64,000 nucleotides of DNA from Trichoplax sp. H2 (GCA_003344405.1 NOWV01000020.1:62001-126000), one strand, 5' to 3'. Shown: positions 15,076 through 35,387, counted from the stretch's first letter. Notes: generated by a model not told the origin, from the sequence alone. Numbers and translations: made by a program.

Positions 15076-15435
15076 TTAACCCCTATAAGTTATTGCACCT
15101 GCTGCTGATTTGAACACATAGGTGGGAAATAATTCTACAATAAGTTCGTTGGATATATTTAAAATTAGATAGCCAATAGCATTCCACGTTATTCCACTCT
15201 TGTTGACAAAATTAACTAGGCAGCCATGCACAGAATTGTTATGATAACAATGAAACATCTGTAGAATTTGGCAATATCCAATGCACGCATAAAGGAGAAA
15301 ATAAATAGCGTCTCAAACGATTCAAGGTAGTAAAAAGACTCAAAGCCAATACAATCAAAATTTCTCAAATAGCAATCATTCAGGTATTGAGACACCATAT
15401 GTAAATATTTTCTAGATTTTTTGCAGATATGACTG
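15076..15435 (-). pseudogene. Tentative decayed rhodopsin-class GPCR fragment (TM3-TM5 relics)
   Basis: Frameshifted pieces in order: HICKKI*KIFTYGVSI..MIAI (TM3-like), TTLNRLRRYLF...WIL or RCFIVIITIL (ICL2/TM4-like), HGCLVNF...WNAIGYLILNI (ECL2 Cys/TM5-like). Contains stops and frameshifts. Confidence 0.35.
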
Positions 15436-16348
15436 CGCCTAGGACTCCTTTACAAGAAAGGATCAATCAGGAATGATGTTACATTTTGTTTCTATACGAA
15501 ATTGCGTACCTAAACTGATGATATTCCTAAATCTTTTGAGTCTAGTCCAGTTCATCCCTTCAATTCTAAAATATTCGACTCTAGTGAATTTGAACTTTAC
15601 GTACATGGACGACTAGACGGCATAGCTGATTTTTTACTACTCGATAATATTATTATTAAGCAATATGGTACGTAGTAAAAATTTAAAACATTTTAACCAG
15701 GTGGCTGATGTTCAATGAAATGCCATACAGTAGACATACTAGGAATATCATCGAAGACTATTCAACATGGCATCGAATTATATACAACTAAGCTCTTAAT
15801 GGATAGGCATGGTTTAGATTAATTATCAACTTTTTCAGCCAAAAGTCAGATAGTAAAAAAGTTCTTAAGTAATTGATAGAAAATTAAATTAACCATTTCC
15901 ACCTTGTGCTATAAATTACGCCCGCGTGAGCTGAGGATCCAATTTAATGGCACCAAGTCATAATGACATAGTAAAGCAGTTATAATTACATTTAGATACT
16001 TCATAATTGCATTAAGAGCCAATTCTGACTAATCAAATGACAAAATAGATTCAAGGAAATTACATTATACGCTATTTTATTACATTCTTAGGTCTACCTC
16101 CTTGTTACAATACTGTAGTGTTTAAAATTTTCAAAACTGTTGCTAAATCTATACGTAATGGGTATTACTTTCCAATATTGCAAATAACATTTTTAAATAT
16201 TAAAATCTTAATCTATTCTTGGTTAATCAATCTGTAAAGAAATAAATTATGATCGACCACATCCCTTTGCACAAACAGTAAAAAATTTATTTGTTTGTAT
16301 AAGCAGCATTTATGAATTAATCATTAGATCAATAATATAATTTAAGAC

Positions 16349-16877
16349 TATAGTATCAACTATTCTGGTAACTAAATCTATTTAGTAGCTGTTTAGCAAA
16401 GCGAATAAAAATATCCTATAAAATGTCTACTTAATGCATGGTACAAACATTTCAATTCTACAGAAAGTGAGACTTCCATAGCAAAATGCTCTGTGCCATG
16501 AGAATTTCCTTTGACAGTTTAATATCGGTGAAAATAAGCCTCTAATATTCATGTAATTGTAAGCCGTATAAAAAAGCTACCAAAACAAAAATCTAAAGTA
16601 ATCTATCCATAGATTTATAGTATCAACTAATCAGGTGACTAGAGCAATTTCGTAGCTGTTTAACTAAGCAAAAAAATCGTAAAATGTCAACTTAAATACG
16701 GAGTGCAAAGATTCCAATTGTACAGAAAATGGGACTTTAATAGTAAAATACTTTATACCAGTAGAATTTCCCTTGTTAGTTTAATCTCTGCAGGAATAAA
16801 ATCTCTAATATCTATCTAAATTGTAAACCTGATAAAAAGCTACCAAAATAAAAAAAATGGAATGTAACCTACCATAG
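16349..16877. repeat. Diverged tandem duplication, two units of about 265 bp
   Basis: 16349-16612 and 16616-16877 align (tatagtatcaacta, gtagctgttt, agaatttcc.ttg..agtttaat, aaaagctaccaaaa). Confidence 0.85.
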
Positions 16878-18198
16878 TCACAAATCTAGTCAAAATTAAA
16901 ATATTTTCATACACTGTGAAGCTCATAGAAAATATACAAAAAATCTAGACTACCAATCTAAAGCTGTAAATGATATTAGAATCGTCTGAATATAATTTAA
17001 AGCACCATGAAATACTGATCCAGTTCTTAGAATTACAGCTTTTCAGCCTGATTAAATTAGTCAAGTTGATAACCATGATTATCATTATAACATGCACTTA
17101 TATTTATATTTAGCTTGATGGTCAATGGATTATTGAATTATACAACGAATAAGGAGTTAATAGCGCGAAATTAATTTAATCTCCTGATAGAGAATTATTT
17201 CCACTTTAGCCTATCTTTTCCATGTAAAAGCATGATCCTAATAAAATATTTTTCTCCATTTCTCACTGTAGCATTATAATGTAACTCGATCTCTTACAGG
17301 TAGCGTCACTAACCACAAAATTTATGCGAATTCGCTTTAAAGTTCCTTTTTACAAGCTGATGAGTTCAATTTAAAAAGTCAATCCGTATAGTATCTAACT
17401 GGTTCAATAATTTAATAAATAATACTTTAGCTGCTTTAACATGAATTGAAGCTTATTTCCTGCATCAAAATAAAACAATGTTGTTGAATGCTAGTTAATA
17501 TAATAATCAGTCGCAGCAAGTCGTCATAGCATGTGACCATAATTTTATTCAGCATTTTATGACCTTTGCCATGCCTTGTTGGTATTTCAAAGTAAAATAA
17601 ATAAACGATACATAGGGAGTAAAGCTGATTTTTAAAGCTTCATTGAAGTCGTACCTTGCAAATAAATGGCGTAACGGATTTTTATCGCTGTTAGAGCCAG
17701 TTTATTACATTAAGACGAATAAACGCGAAAATGACAGCCATATTATCACGACGGATTGAGCAACACAATCAGAGTGAACTGAATAGCATTTGTGAATCAA
17801 TCCCATACGTAATTTATTGAGTGCTAATATTTAGACTTCCATCTAATTTACAAGACTTAATGAGTGAGCTATAAAAAATCAGATTCAATATGCTCCTTTT
17901 AGGCTAAAATGTTATGATTCGATACTAACTACAGCAGATGGAACACCATGATTGACTAACCAATGCATCTTTCTACATATATCATTCAAGGACTCTTTAC
18001 GGACATTAAACGGAGTCAATCTCCCTTAATTAGAGCATTGATAGAACAGAATTAGAATAAGATTGAGCTTAAAAGACTGAAAATAAATAAATTATGTGTA
18101 AAAATAATGTTCAGTTTGGTATCATCTCAGGTAAACCAGATGAAACTTACAGGTGTACCAACCCCATACGCGTTCTACTGTACTGTACATACATCGTG

Positions 18199-18790
18199 AA
18201 CTCTTTATGAGTATTGAGTGAAATTCATGAAGTTAAAATAGCTAAACTATGGATAATAAATAGTATTATTAATTATCACTCAAGATTAAATTATCTCTAT
18301 TCGTAGTTCAATCATTGAAATCTAATTTTCAATAAGATAAGGGGGATGATCTATCTACAGTATAGAGAGCTTTTAATAAATAGTGTTTGGAATCTCTTCT
18401 GGAAATGAGNNNNNNNNNNNNNNNNNNNNAACTCTTTATGAGTATTGAGTGAAATTCATGAAGTTAAAATAGCTAAACTATGGATAATAAATAGTATTAT
18501 TAATTATCACTCAAGATTAAATTATCTCTATTCGTAGTTCAATCATTGAAATCTAATTTTCAATAAGATAAGGGGGATAAGATAATCTATCTACAGTATA
18601 CAGTACAGAGCTTTTGATAAATAGTTAAAATAGCTAAACTATGGATAATAATTAGTATTAATTATCACTCAAGATTAAATTATTTCTATTCGTAGTTAAA
18701 TCATTGAAATCTAATTTTTCAATAAGATGATCTATCTACAGTATAGAGAGCTTTTGATAAATAGTGTTTGGAATCTCTTCTGGAAATGAG
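18199..18790. repeat. Near-identical duplication flanking a 20-N gap (probable unmerged haplotypes), with an extra internal unit of about 150 bp
   Basis: 18199-18409 recurs from 18430 after Ns at 18410-18429; the right copy has an additional gttaaaatagctaaactatgg unit from 18624. Confidence 0.85.
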
Positions 18791-21635
18791 GACAGTACTC
18801 CGGTGGTACTCCAGTCTGAGTCTTTCATTCACAATCAATGACCAAAGTACTGAAGATTCCTTTAAGCTCTAATTTAACATGATCTATTTACACTTTCTTA
18901 TTACGATGTACAGTACTCCGGTCCGGTCCGGTACGGTCCGGTACGCCGAGTACGTGTCAAACGTAGAAAATTATAACAATTATGTTGCTTAAATTAGCAA
19001 GACTTCGCAAATGAAGTAGCAGGAATAGCCTTCCATATCCTCACATAGAATCATTGCCAAGAGAAAGCAGACATGAATGCCTATCTACACTAACATTTAA
19101 TCTTCTCTTAGATGCAGATCCTCGATACACTTAATATATCAATTGAACTCTAAGACGATTTGCCAATCTTGCAGGCCGTTCAAGAAAGTCAAACAGCATT
19201 CCTTGATTCAATATGTTTCATAGCTGCTATGCAATACTAACGAAACTAGATTCGATCTCAGGGTCTAATATTCCATCTAATACCGCTACAGTATGTCTAA
19301 GAATTTGTAGTTAACTAGGTAAAGTGCTGTGAAACGATATAGCGTAACGTGCTCGAAAAGCAACAAAAGAGACTTAACCCTTTAATGTAAACAGAAAGTT
19401 GCAGCATGATCACAAGATTTTTATGTAGACTTGTCACAGTAGGTTGTATTTAGAATTACATCGAGTTTACACGGATAAAAACGGATCAGCTTCGAAAATT
19501 TAGACGAGTATTTAGACTATCATTATATTGCATACTTAAAATCATGCTAATTTTAACTTCAACCAACGAAAACTAGAATTATCTATTAAAGCATACTCTA
19601 CCGGATAAGGTATTACTGCATTTAGCCTCTTCTTAGTACTATAATTCTCCTTCAATCATACTCTTCAAGATAAGATATTACCGTACTAGCCTCTTACTTA
19701 GAATTAGATCTGGCCCATTAACATTTTAAATGAATATATTACAAATTTATAGCTTGCATTCGCATCTGATCATTTCAAGTACGGTATGACAATCAAAGAA
19801 ATCATTCCATGCTTCAGAGAGAATAATCCTCATTTATACCAGAATGCTAGCATACGGTATAGCATAATATCAGTAATTTCAAGAAAAAAAAAATTACTTT
19901 ACTGATCTTTTCTTTTCTTTTATTGGCGATATACGAGTACGCATGTACTGTACAACAGAATATTCATTGATATCGTTATTTCATGAGCATCATATCGAAG
20001 TTTAAATTCTACCATAACTACATATCCTATTGTTAATGATACTAATACAAATATCCACATGATGTATCTATCATGACATACATTTTCATCGTCTGTTTAT
20101 TTAACGACATTTATGGTATTAATAATTATTATTATACCATGATATTTTCACCCTTCCAAATAAGATTTCACATCATCATTCAATCTGCTTTGTCAATGAC
20201 AAAGGGCGTCCAAAAAGAGAAGAAAATACTTCCTTGAAATTCTGTTGGATAATTCAAAAGTAAACCAAGCCAATATTGATTACAATTCCATCAATTGATC
20301 AAAGTTAACAAAAAACAACCAGAAAATATGACCATAAAGCGTACAAGAGCATATTCAGTTATCGGTAACCAGCGATAAACCAATCTTATTAGAGGGTTAA
20401 TCACTTTCAATAACATTATCATGGTTAACCATTAAAAGAAATCAATTTTTGAATCAGTTATAATCATTATTTTGCCTAGCAATACTAAGAGTCTAGGAAA
20501 ACGTCATCAAATTTTTAATATATATATATATTATAAACTGAAATTGATCAACGTAAACTAGCACTATGAAAGCGGTCATAATTACTATCCGTAAGAAATC
20601 AAAATCATAACATAGTTTACTAGTTTAGATCCGCTTTACAGTTGTACAGAATAACCTGAATACTTTAAATCGAACTTTCGACGCTATTTCGTTCTATTTT
20701 AAAATTTAAATACTGGAGAGTATAAATCATAACATAGTATTACTTAAAATTTCTTTTCGTAGGAGTAGTATAAACAGATACGAAAAGTTGCAATATTGAC
20801 GACCAAAAATGCTTTCATAATATTCGTTCAGTGCTTTTAAGATGACAACAGTAAGCCAAAAGAAATTCGCCTCATATCAATATTTAAATCTTGATGGAGG
20901 CGTAATTTATAAATAACATATTGTCTTTACCTGGCTATTAGCTGTAACGCATATTAGCCCTTACTATATTGGTTATCGTAAAAGAAATCAGGAATGATAT
21001 TGGCAGCTAATGGACAATATTGCGATATGGATGAAAATAACTTGACATGGCAGCGCCAGAGTAGAAATAAGCAGAAGCTAGTAATAAAATCAGTTTAATT
21101 TTCGATATTACCAAGTTTAAAAAGAGAAAAGAAATATCGCATCCTTGTATAATGTAAGCAAAGCCATAACTTTACGTACTCGTACGGTATTGAATAGAAA
21201 TATACATTTTAATGGATAAACCATGTTGTTATAGGGTATCGCTTAATTAAATGATGCTACCGCCCAATTAGTGGTATTAGATAAATTCTTAATGCTATCA
21301 AGCAAGGATAGATTATATTACCAACTCAAGTATCATTGTACCGCCATAATCTTTTGGACTGTAATAACCAGGTTCGATGACATTGGAATGTAACAAGATT
21401 AAGATATAAATTTTCTAATAGCATACCTTGTATCTAAGATTCTAATAGGCGAATACTTATATGGCCAAAAATAATCACAATAGGTCCAATTTAATTTACA
21501 TCAATACTAAATTAAGGAACTTTACGGTTTATACCAGAAGTGGTGTGCAATATAGTTTATTATAAGCCTGCTTCACAAACATTCACATTACTTTTGTTCA
21601 AAATGGATCAAAACTTCATCTTTTATGACATTGTA

Positions 21636-27517
<5,882 letters not shown>

Positions 27518-29243
27518 TTATCCAAGGAATTGCGTCGATTTATATTTACCAAGCTAAATTAAATGTTATATTTTAAAGAAAAAAATTAGAATGCTAAAAA
27601 TGTTTTATAATCAACATAATACCACGAAAATATCTAACACGGTTTATTCTGATTCGCTCTTATAATCATCATCTTACGATCGAATTAGTGAAAACTGATG
27701 GGAAAGTAGCAGTAAATAACATAATATAAGTTCTAGGCTAAAATTTGTATGATAATGCTATTCTATCGAGCATTCTCTCAGATACTAATTAAATTCCGAA
27801 TAGACTTTTCTTACAATAATTTCATTCGACAGAAAAACATCAATTTCTTCAATTGTTGCAGACATTTTTGAGATTATGTGGCTACCATAATATACGGTAT
27901 TTTACTAGACTCCAAAATAAAGTATCTCAACGACGCTAGTTTGTAAGTTAGAAATTATTTTTCTAACGGTAAACATTAACTACGATGTTACCCCTCAAAC
28001 TACAGTTTCATAATCGTAAGCATAAAAAGGAAAACCTTGAAAAATACTTTTAGTTTAAGGTATGGTTGATACATCAAAACGTGCGAGTGATTCCATGTTA
28101 GTGTAAATAAATGAGTAGCATATTTTAAGAAAGCAACTAAAAATTTATCATTGTTAAAATTGACTCTTTAAGGTTTTTAAAGCCATCAAAATGCTCTGCT
28201 TAAATACAACAGGATTCATCTTCATACACAGTAGAATATCTAATTGCAAGTTTCTCCCTGTCCTTTCCATTATTTGGCATAATTTTTATATGAATTGTAG
28301 AACCGGTACAAATAGAAATAACTCATTTTATTTCTGCAGCTCTGACTGAATTATTGAGAGTAAGGATGTATTAAATATCAGTACTGTACGATTAAATATC
28401 TTAGCAACATAGTATAGTTTTCTATAGAAGGGTCGAGTAGTGTTCACAAGAAGATAAAAAGTTTCCTTAACTATCGTTTGCCATTGGAACAAGATAATTT
28501 ATAGTTTAGGATATTCGCGTTATAACCAGAACCTTCTTTATGAATAAAATATAAAACGTGGTAGGTTGCTATACAGCAAGGGAATTGATACATTCCTTAA
28601 CGTTTTTATCGTTGAATAACTGTATTACTAAATTATTATCATCTCTTTATTTGATCAAATCATTTAATTTAAAGCATAGATTTACTGAAATAAGGTTCAT
28701 ATACGTCTATCCGCATATTTATTAAAGTAAGGCCAATAATATTTAAGAACGGTTATAAAATTGATAAAGACACCCACTGTACGTGCCGTGCCTTAGAAGA
28801 TATAGTAGCCTAAGCAAGACGAAGAAACTGTTTTTTTCATCGATACTATTTCCGAGAGATATTTTAACATCATTAAAAAATTAATAAAGTTCACGTAGAA
28901 TAGAAAACTAAAAAACGAAAATTATGTAATAGACATGCTTTAGAATTGATATATTTCCTAATTTTGATGATTCTATCAATAATCTCAAAGTATTCTGCCG
29001 TTATCAACTGTATCTAGGTGTTGATAGCGCTGCACATTATGTGTATACATATGACAATTATGGCAGCGTTACTAACTTACCTAATTTGTAGGTTGTTAGG
29101 AGAAGACGGCGATGATAAAATAAGTAATTTAGCAAGAAAATTTGCTATTGGGGATAGAAATCTTCAATTTTCATTTGGAGTTAATATTAAGTAGTAATAA
29201 TTATCAATATCACGTTCTAAACCATGGCCGTCTCCGGACACAA

Positions 29244-29257
29244 ATTGCTATGGAGAT
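29244..29257. promoter_or_regulatory. X-box (RFX)-like motif just upstream of a putative non-coding first exon of CDKL1
   Basis: ATTGCTATGGAGAT, two mismatches from GTTGCTATGGAGAC. A minus-strand AG|GTAAGT donor at 29081/29080 and an acceptor at 27554-27555 could link this region to the CDKL1 ATG exon. Confidence 0.4.
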
Positions 29258-29853
29258 AGTAACAGTGAAAAAAATGACGATGAAGTTAATGTTGTTCCTT
29301 TTTCCCCCTCTTTGATTATTGTATTAAGCAGTGATGATTGTGTTTTCAAGCTTATTTTATATAGTTACAAATATAAGATATGAATCATAGGCATACTTTC
29401 TATACAAATACTTGCAAGCCAGCAGCATCCATCGACAATACGTTGCCCTGATCAAAAACTCTTATTGAATTTTTATTAACCTCTAACTTTAGCATATTAA
29501 CAATACTGTTCTTAAAAAATAATAGATCGCCTTGAGATTATTGTTACATGACTAGCCTTGGGTATACTATTAACAGAAAATGAATAACAATTAAATGTAC
29601 AAAAAACATAATTTTCGACACGACACTGGTAGACAATCTTCTCCGTTCAATCAAAATTGAGATAAGCTCATTTTAGGTACACAAACATCAAACTAGGCGT
29701 ACTATACTATAATGAGAATGTCAATCAAGATAGGAAATAATATCCTTCAATAATAACTACTATAAAAGCAACTAATAGCCCATTCAACTACGCTAACAGA
29801 TTGACAGATCGCTGAAGGGAGTTACTTTATCATCATTTGTCACGCAGCTGTTA

Positions 29854-29867
29854 GTTGTCATAGAAAC
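29854..29867. promoter_or_regulatory. X-box (RFX) motif upstream of CDKL1
   Basis: GTTGTCATAGAAAC fits the RYYNYY-WW-RRNRAC consensus; a partial copy GTTGTCATAG lies at 29951. Confidence 0.5.
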
Positions 29868-31349
29868 ACAACTATTTCGTCAAACAAATTCAAAACGCCT
29901 ATTCTTCCTTCCTGTTTGATTGTTAAAAAGTTCGTTATCAAGGTATGTTAGTTGTCATAGTTCTTGGTTATAAAATACTGTACCATCTCATCCTTCTGAT
30001 TGCTCTATCGTCCAAAGACCAGTATGCAGTTGTACAGAATACAAGTGCTATACTAGTGGTTAAAGATTGGGCACTCTTGATCAATAATCACTCATAGGTG
30101 TATAGTGTAGAATATCAAGAATTTCAGTCATCTTAGATAATTTAGTGCTTTCCATTCTATTCGATCACATTTCCTATCAATACATTATCGATTTCATCTC
30201 GTAAATGTCGTCTTAAAATCTATTAATTCACATCCCGCTAAAATTAATAACTAATTGATTGATTTGATGAAATAATTTGCAGTATTAAAAGAAAATAGCA
30301 ATTAATGCCATGAAATATGATCGACCCCTAAGTTGAACTACTATGACACTTTATTATATAGGATCTGTAACAATAGAGTACATGTATTGATATTTATTCA
30401 CAATTTTTTATTTTATACTTCAATTAAAGAGGCTTTGTTGAATTAAAACCATCCAGATTTACTGCGGTAGATTTCATACAGAAATCTGAATGACTATCTT
30501 ACAATATAGAATATATCCCAAGAATTAGCGCTATTGCTTTCCATTTGCTGTATGCATGAGTATCGCAAATTAGCTAACTACAAAATTACTCTAATATTGA
30601 GATTATCGATCCTATTAATCCTATCGTCTAATTAAGTTATCGGTGATATACAACATCATAGTGGAAAAGGCTGTCCCTATCTCTGCCACTACCATTTCAT
30701 CCTAGGTGATACAGATATATGCAATATCATTTTATTATTACTACAGTTAGTTAAATGGCCAGAATGGGCTAGATTCAGAACAGTATTATCTCTTTTACCT
30801 TAATTAATCAAGCACCATGGTAAAACTTCTACATATACTATACAACTAGCGATCTCGCAAATGGATTACCAACTAATATTAATTTGCACTATATCCTTGC
30901 TGCCAAAACTATGGATGATACATTATCAATTTCAATACTATCCATACTCTGTACAAACTGTATTTTATTACAGTACCATTTCATCTTCCAATATAAATAT
31001 CTTAAGAGGTCTAAGCATTACTTATATTTGACTGATACAATAAATGTCGCTTGTATGATTCCCGGTAAATGAAATTAATCCACATTAAATACTGCTGATT
31101 TATTCTGCAATGCCATTGAGTACTCATTCTATACTTCACAGGATTATTGCAATCATTTAATATAAATGCAATACCTTGCCTGCTAATTTTAGGGGTACAA
31201 TATTAGTAAATTTAATCTAAAACAACCATCGCTCGGTGTTTATTACAGTAAAAACAAATTTTGGTATAATAACCATAGTGTTATCGAAGTTGCTTATTAA
31301 GTATACGTAGCAGGCCATTTTATAATGTTCAAATGTTACTACTACCTGT

Positions 31350-31670
31350 TACTGTGGCTGAGAAGGGCCACTGTACTTTGTAAAGCCTGAGCGCACTACA
31401 ATTCATGTGTGTGTACCAGAAAGTCTTTGCACGTAACTAGAAATCCTGTGCATGTACCAGAAAGTCTTTGCACGTACTACAAATCATGTGTGCACCAGAA
31501 AGTCTTTGCGCGTACTGCATATATATGCGTGTACCAGGAAGTCTTTTGCACTTACTGGAAATCCTGTGCATGTGCCAGAAAGTCTACGCGCAAAGACTTT
31601 CTGGTCCACACAGATAATTTGTAGTACGCATACGTTTTACAAAGTACAATGGCCCTTCTCGGCCATCGTA
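31350..31670. mobile_element. Non-autonomous TIR element (MITE), TAC...GTA termini, 6-bp TSD, IS3EU-like
   Basis: Imperfect TIRs of about 85 bp (TACTGTGGCTGAGAAGGGCCACTGTACTTTGTAAA vs reverse complement TACGATGGCCGAGAAGGGCCATTGTACTTTGTAAA). ACCTGT direct repeat at 31344-31349 and 31671-31676. Five internal ~40-bp CCAGAAAGTCTTTGC units plus one inverted unit. Confidence 0.85.
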
Positions 31671-34600
31671 ACCTGTCAGTCTATTACAACATAGAAAATA
31701 GCGTATAATAAATTTTTCGTGTAGTGAAGTTAAATCGAATTACTTCTTGATTATAGGCTAGTTTATGCTAGTATAGTCAAATAGTAGCAATTTACACTTT
31801 CAATTAGAAAGTTTACAACTTTGGTAAGGGATATTTTATCTGCGAACCTAGACTAATTTAATAGCACAGAAACTATAAACAATACTACCTATTAAATTCC
31901 GAGTCTTCATTAACAGAATACTATTTTATACTCTTAATTAATTCAATATTCTATGTTTAAGAAATTTTTAAATATCAATTAACATCCACTGTTTTGCAGA
32001 AATTGAATTAATTAATAAATCCCCAATTTATAGAATACAGTAGTACCATATTGCACCTTTGTAATGAACAGGTTTGTAACCCCTAGGTTATCAATCCGCT
32101 AACTTGAAATTTGAGTTATTAAAATAGAGCAAATCTCTCTAATATGGCACAAATATTTGTTATTCTGGCTTACAAAGAATGCATTAAAGCATTACACTGA
32201 TTAATAACGGCTCGCATATAATCATAAATTTTATCAAAGCTAAATTCAAGTGAACATACCAGTATACTGTAATACTCTAGACAAATACAATATTCAATGC
32301 ATCATTATTAAGACTAAAACAAGTCAAGAAAATGCGAGCGTAATAGATATGTCTCAAAAGTAAGGTGACAAGACTTGGATTTCTTGCGAAACTTCCCTGT
32401 ACTTTATGAATCAGTTCTACCAAAGACTATCATCTCTTCGCAGCGCCGTAATTCAGTAACGTATACGGTAAATAATAGATGTTTGCACAATTTTAGTCAT
32501 GTTCGGCGCACACGAAATTATTTATATAAAAAGTTAATATAGCTTAATATGCCGATTGGCTATAGCTACAGTAAGGCATACGGTGTAAAGAATTCTAACG
32601 AGTAGAGAACTAATAACAGCCAATTAGCGCTCTGTTGCTCAGCGCTATGCAAAAATAAAGGCTTGTAGGCGAAGTGCACCCTGAACCTACAATATAATCT
32701 ACGATTTCACTTACACTACCACAGTACAGTACAGTATAGTATAGTAACAAAAAAAATTATCAATCACTGAATGTGGTTTACGTAGCTACAGAAAGAGTAG
32801 CAGTCAGGTTCAAGTAAAAAAAGTTTATGTAAAGCAAAGCATTTATTATAGGGTTCAACCTTTTAACTCTGTATCCTTATTTGTTACCGCTAATTAGCAG
32901 TAGTAGCCCGAAGATGCACCATACACATTGTAAAGGAAATTATATGATTGTACACTGTCGATGTATTCCCATACATACATACAGTATTACGAATTCAAAT
33001 CCCTACACGATTACACCAAAGGACACGTTCTTATTTTCTCAAATTATAAAAAAATTACAATCCGTATCAAGAATTACGCCTGCTCAAAATTGTTATTGAT
33101 GGAGAATACCTAAAATTATTCGTTCCATGTAATACGAGCACGTCGATATCGCTTCTACATTACAACGTAACAAATCACGATCCCGCTATGACTTCATGTA
33201 AATGATTTATTAATAAAAAATTGCTCAACTTTCACCTGATATTGAATCCTGTACGAGCAAACAATCATCACTCAAAATATCACCAATATACCGCTACCAT
33301 CACAAAGAGACGGATAATTTCTTAATCCTTTGCATGCGTGTATCTGGTGGCCTTTCTTTCATTCATTCGTTATCTACGAAAGATGCAACGCTAGTCGACC
33401 TTTACTCGAATAACATCTAGCAATACCTGAGACCCTTATTCAACTTCGAACAAAGTTAAATCCCAAACAATAACACGAATAGTAATATTTTGATTTCATT
33501 TTAATTACTACATACAGTAATTAAACTCTTCAAAAATACTGTCGATGAAACGATAGATCAATGTAGAATAAATAACAAATATGTGACAGCGCACCACCTT
33601 ATAAAGTACCAATATAATATTAAGGAAGGCTGAATCGAGTGAGAGTGATACAGACCAACACTGGTCATGCTTGACGCATAAAGGCCAAATGCTGCGCTTA
33701 TGTACTGTATTGTACACTATACACAACGAATCATGTTTCATTTCTGGCTCATTTCAAGTTTTAACCGGACTATCCATGTTACTACACTGTAATGTTAAGA
33801 CGTGACTGTGTACTGAGTAGAACATCAATCTATATTATCAGTATTATTCAAACTCTTCTTTCGCATGTCATAGTGTACGGATTCGATTAGTACTGTATAA
33901 AATTGTAACAATATGTACACATTGCCATTTAATATAGGAATTATTATTGAGCATATGCAGATATGAGATTCCAAATTTGTTTCCAGGTATAGTATTGTAA
34001 TAGTTATCATATTTACATAAAAATATAAGAAGGAGTACAGTTTCTTCTAATGTTCGTTTTTTCAATAGAACGGTAATTATATTTAGATATACACAATGTA
34101 AACCCGTACAGCATTCAATATGTAACCACTACCTACTGAAATACTACACACATAAACTATACGTACATATACAGCAATTAACTGTACCCATAAATTGCAG
34201 CTATCTAAAGTTGTAAATCATGCAATTACTCATTATCATCGACTTACTGCTAGCTAAATAGTGGCAATTTTACAGTATTCAAGTAGAACATCTACAGTAC
34301 CTCCAGAGTCAATCATTCTATCAACAAATATTTAACATGCTTACTCTGCAGTCCTCTATTTTGGAAATAATTACATATCCACCTACCTGCATAAAATGTA
34401 GTACTGTACTACGCGGATTCATTAGAATACAGGGACTGTATAACAATATACTATTAGGATAAGAAATCTGCAACGAAAAAACTACTCAGAACAATATCAC
34501 TGACATTGACCAGCGGACTAAACATTATTTTATTTACATCGCTCAACTACTGCGACAAAAGAACTTTCGGTGTCTTTTATGACTGCTACAACGAATTAGT

Positions 34601-35366
34601 TGATACACAGAATTAATTACTATGCTATCATCAGATTACTACAACTGATAAAAATGAATCCATTAAGACTAGCATTCCTATCTCTAATTTTTTCAAGGAG
34701 CACGTAAATAGCACTTCTACCTACATATGTATGTTATGTTATCATTTACAAACTAGATACTAAGATACAAAATCCTTAACAATACAACCTATCACCGAAC
34801 AACACAGAATACTATTGTTAATCAGTTACAGTATCAAGCTTTAAAATAATGCAATTAAATACTAACAATCTTTAGATATATCAGTACGTAATACAAACAA
34901 ATGCTTAATCCTGTCGTATAATAATTAGCCGCTAAATCATCTACAAGACTCATAAACTTTAACAAAATGCTATATTAAAGACTAAATTAAGACTTGCATT
35001 GATACAGACAATAATGCAAACAGTGACGTCGAATATTGTATCTTGCATTTGCAGTATTATGGTATTGTACAGCACTGACGGCAACTTGATACTTCATCCA
35101 AGAGCAACTATAAAAATTATCATTCGCCAGTATAAACTATCGGGACCAGCTCCTATTGTGACTATCCGCTAGTTTTAACTTTGTCTTGACTCAAGGCTAA
35201 TGTTGGGTACTTACACTACGTGACTTGTTGCGACGTTAAAACTGCACTAAACTCCTAATGGTATAATGCAACATGGATATCATTAAAATAATGCAGCTTT
35301 TCAAGACGAAAATTACAGTACCTGTTACCGATGCTATCTCCTACAAATTAAAACATCTAAACTTTG

Positions 35367-35387
35367 CACACACACACACACACACAC
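35367..35387. repeat. (CA)10 microsatellite, reading UG on the hnRNP transcript strand
   Basis: cacacacacacacacacacac about 540 bp downstream of the hnRNP stop codon. Confidence 0.9.

Noticed and set aside
31409..31694. Repetitive ORFs and CRISPR-like periodic repeats
   Set aside because: These are internal repeats of the MITE; the spacers are similar to each other, the context is eukaryotic and there are no cas genes.
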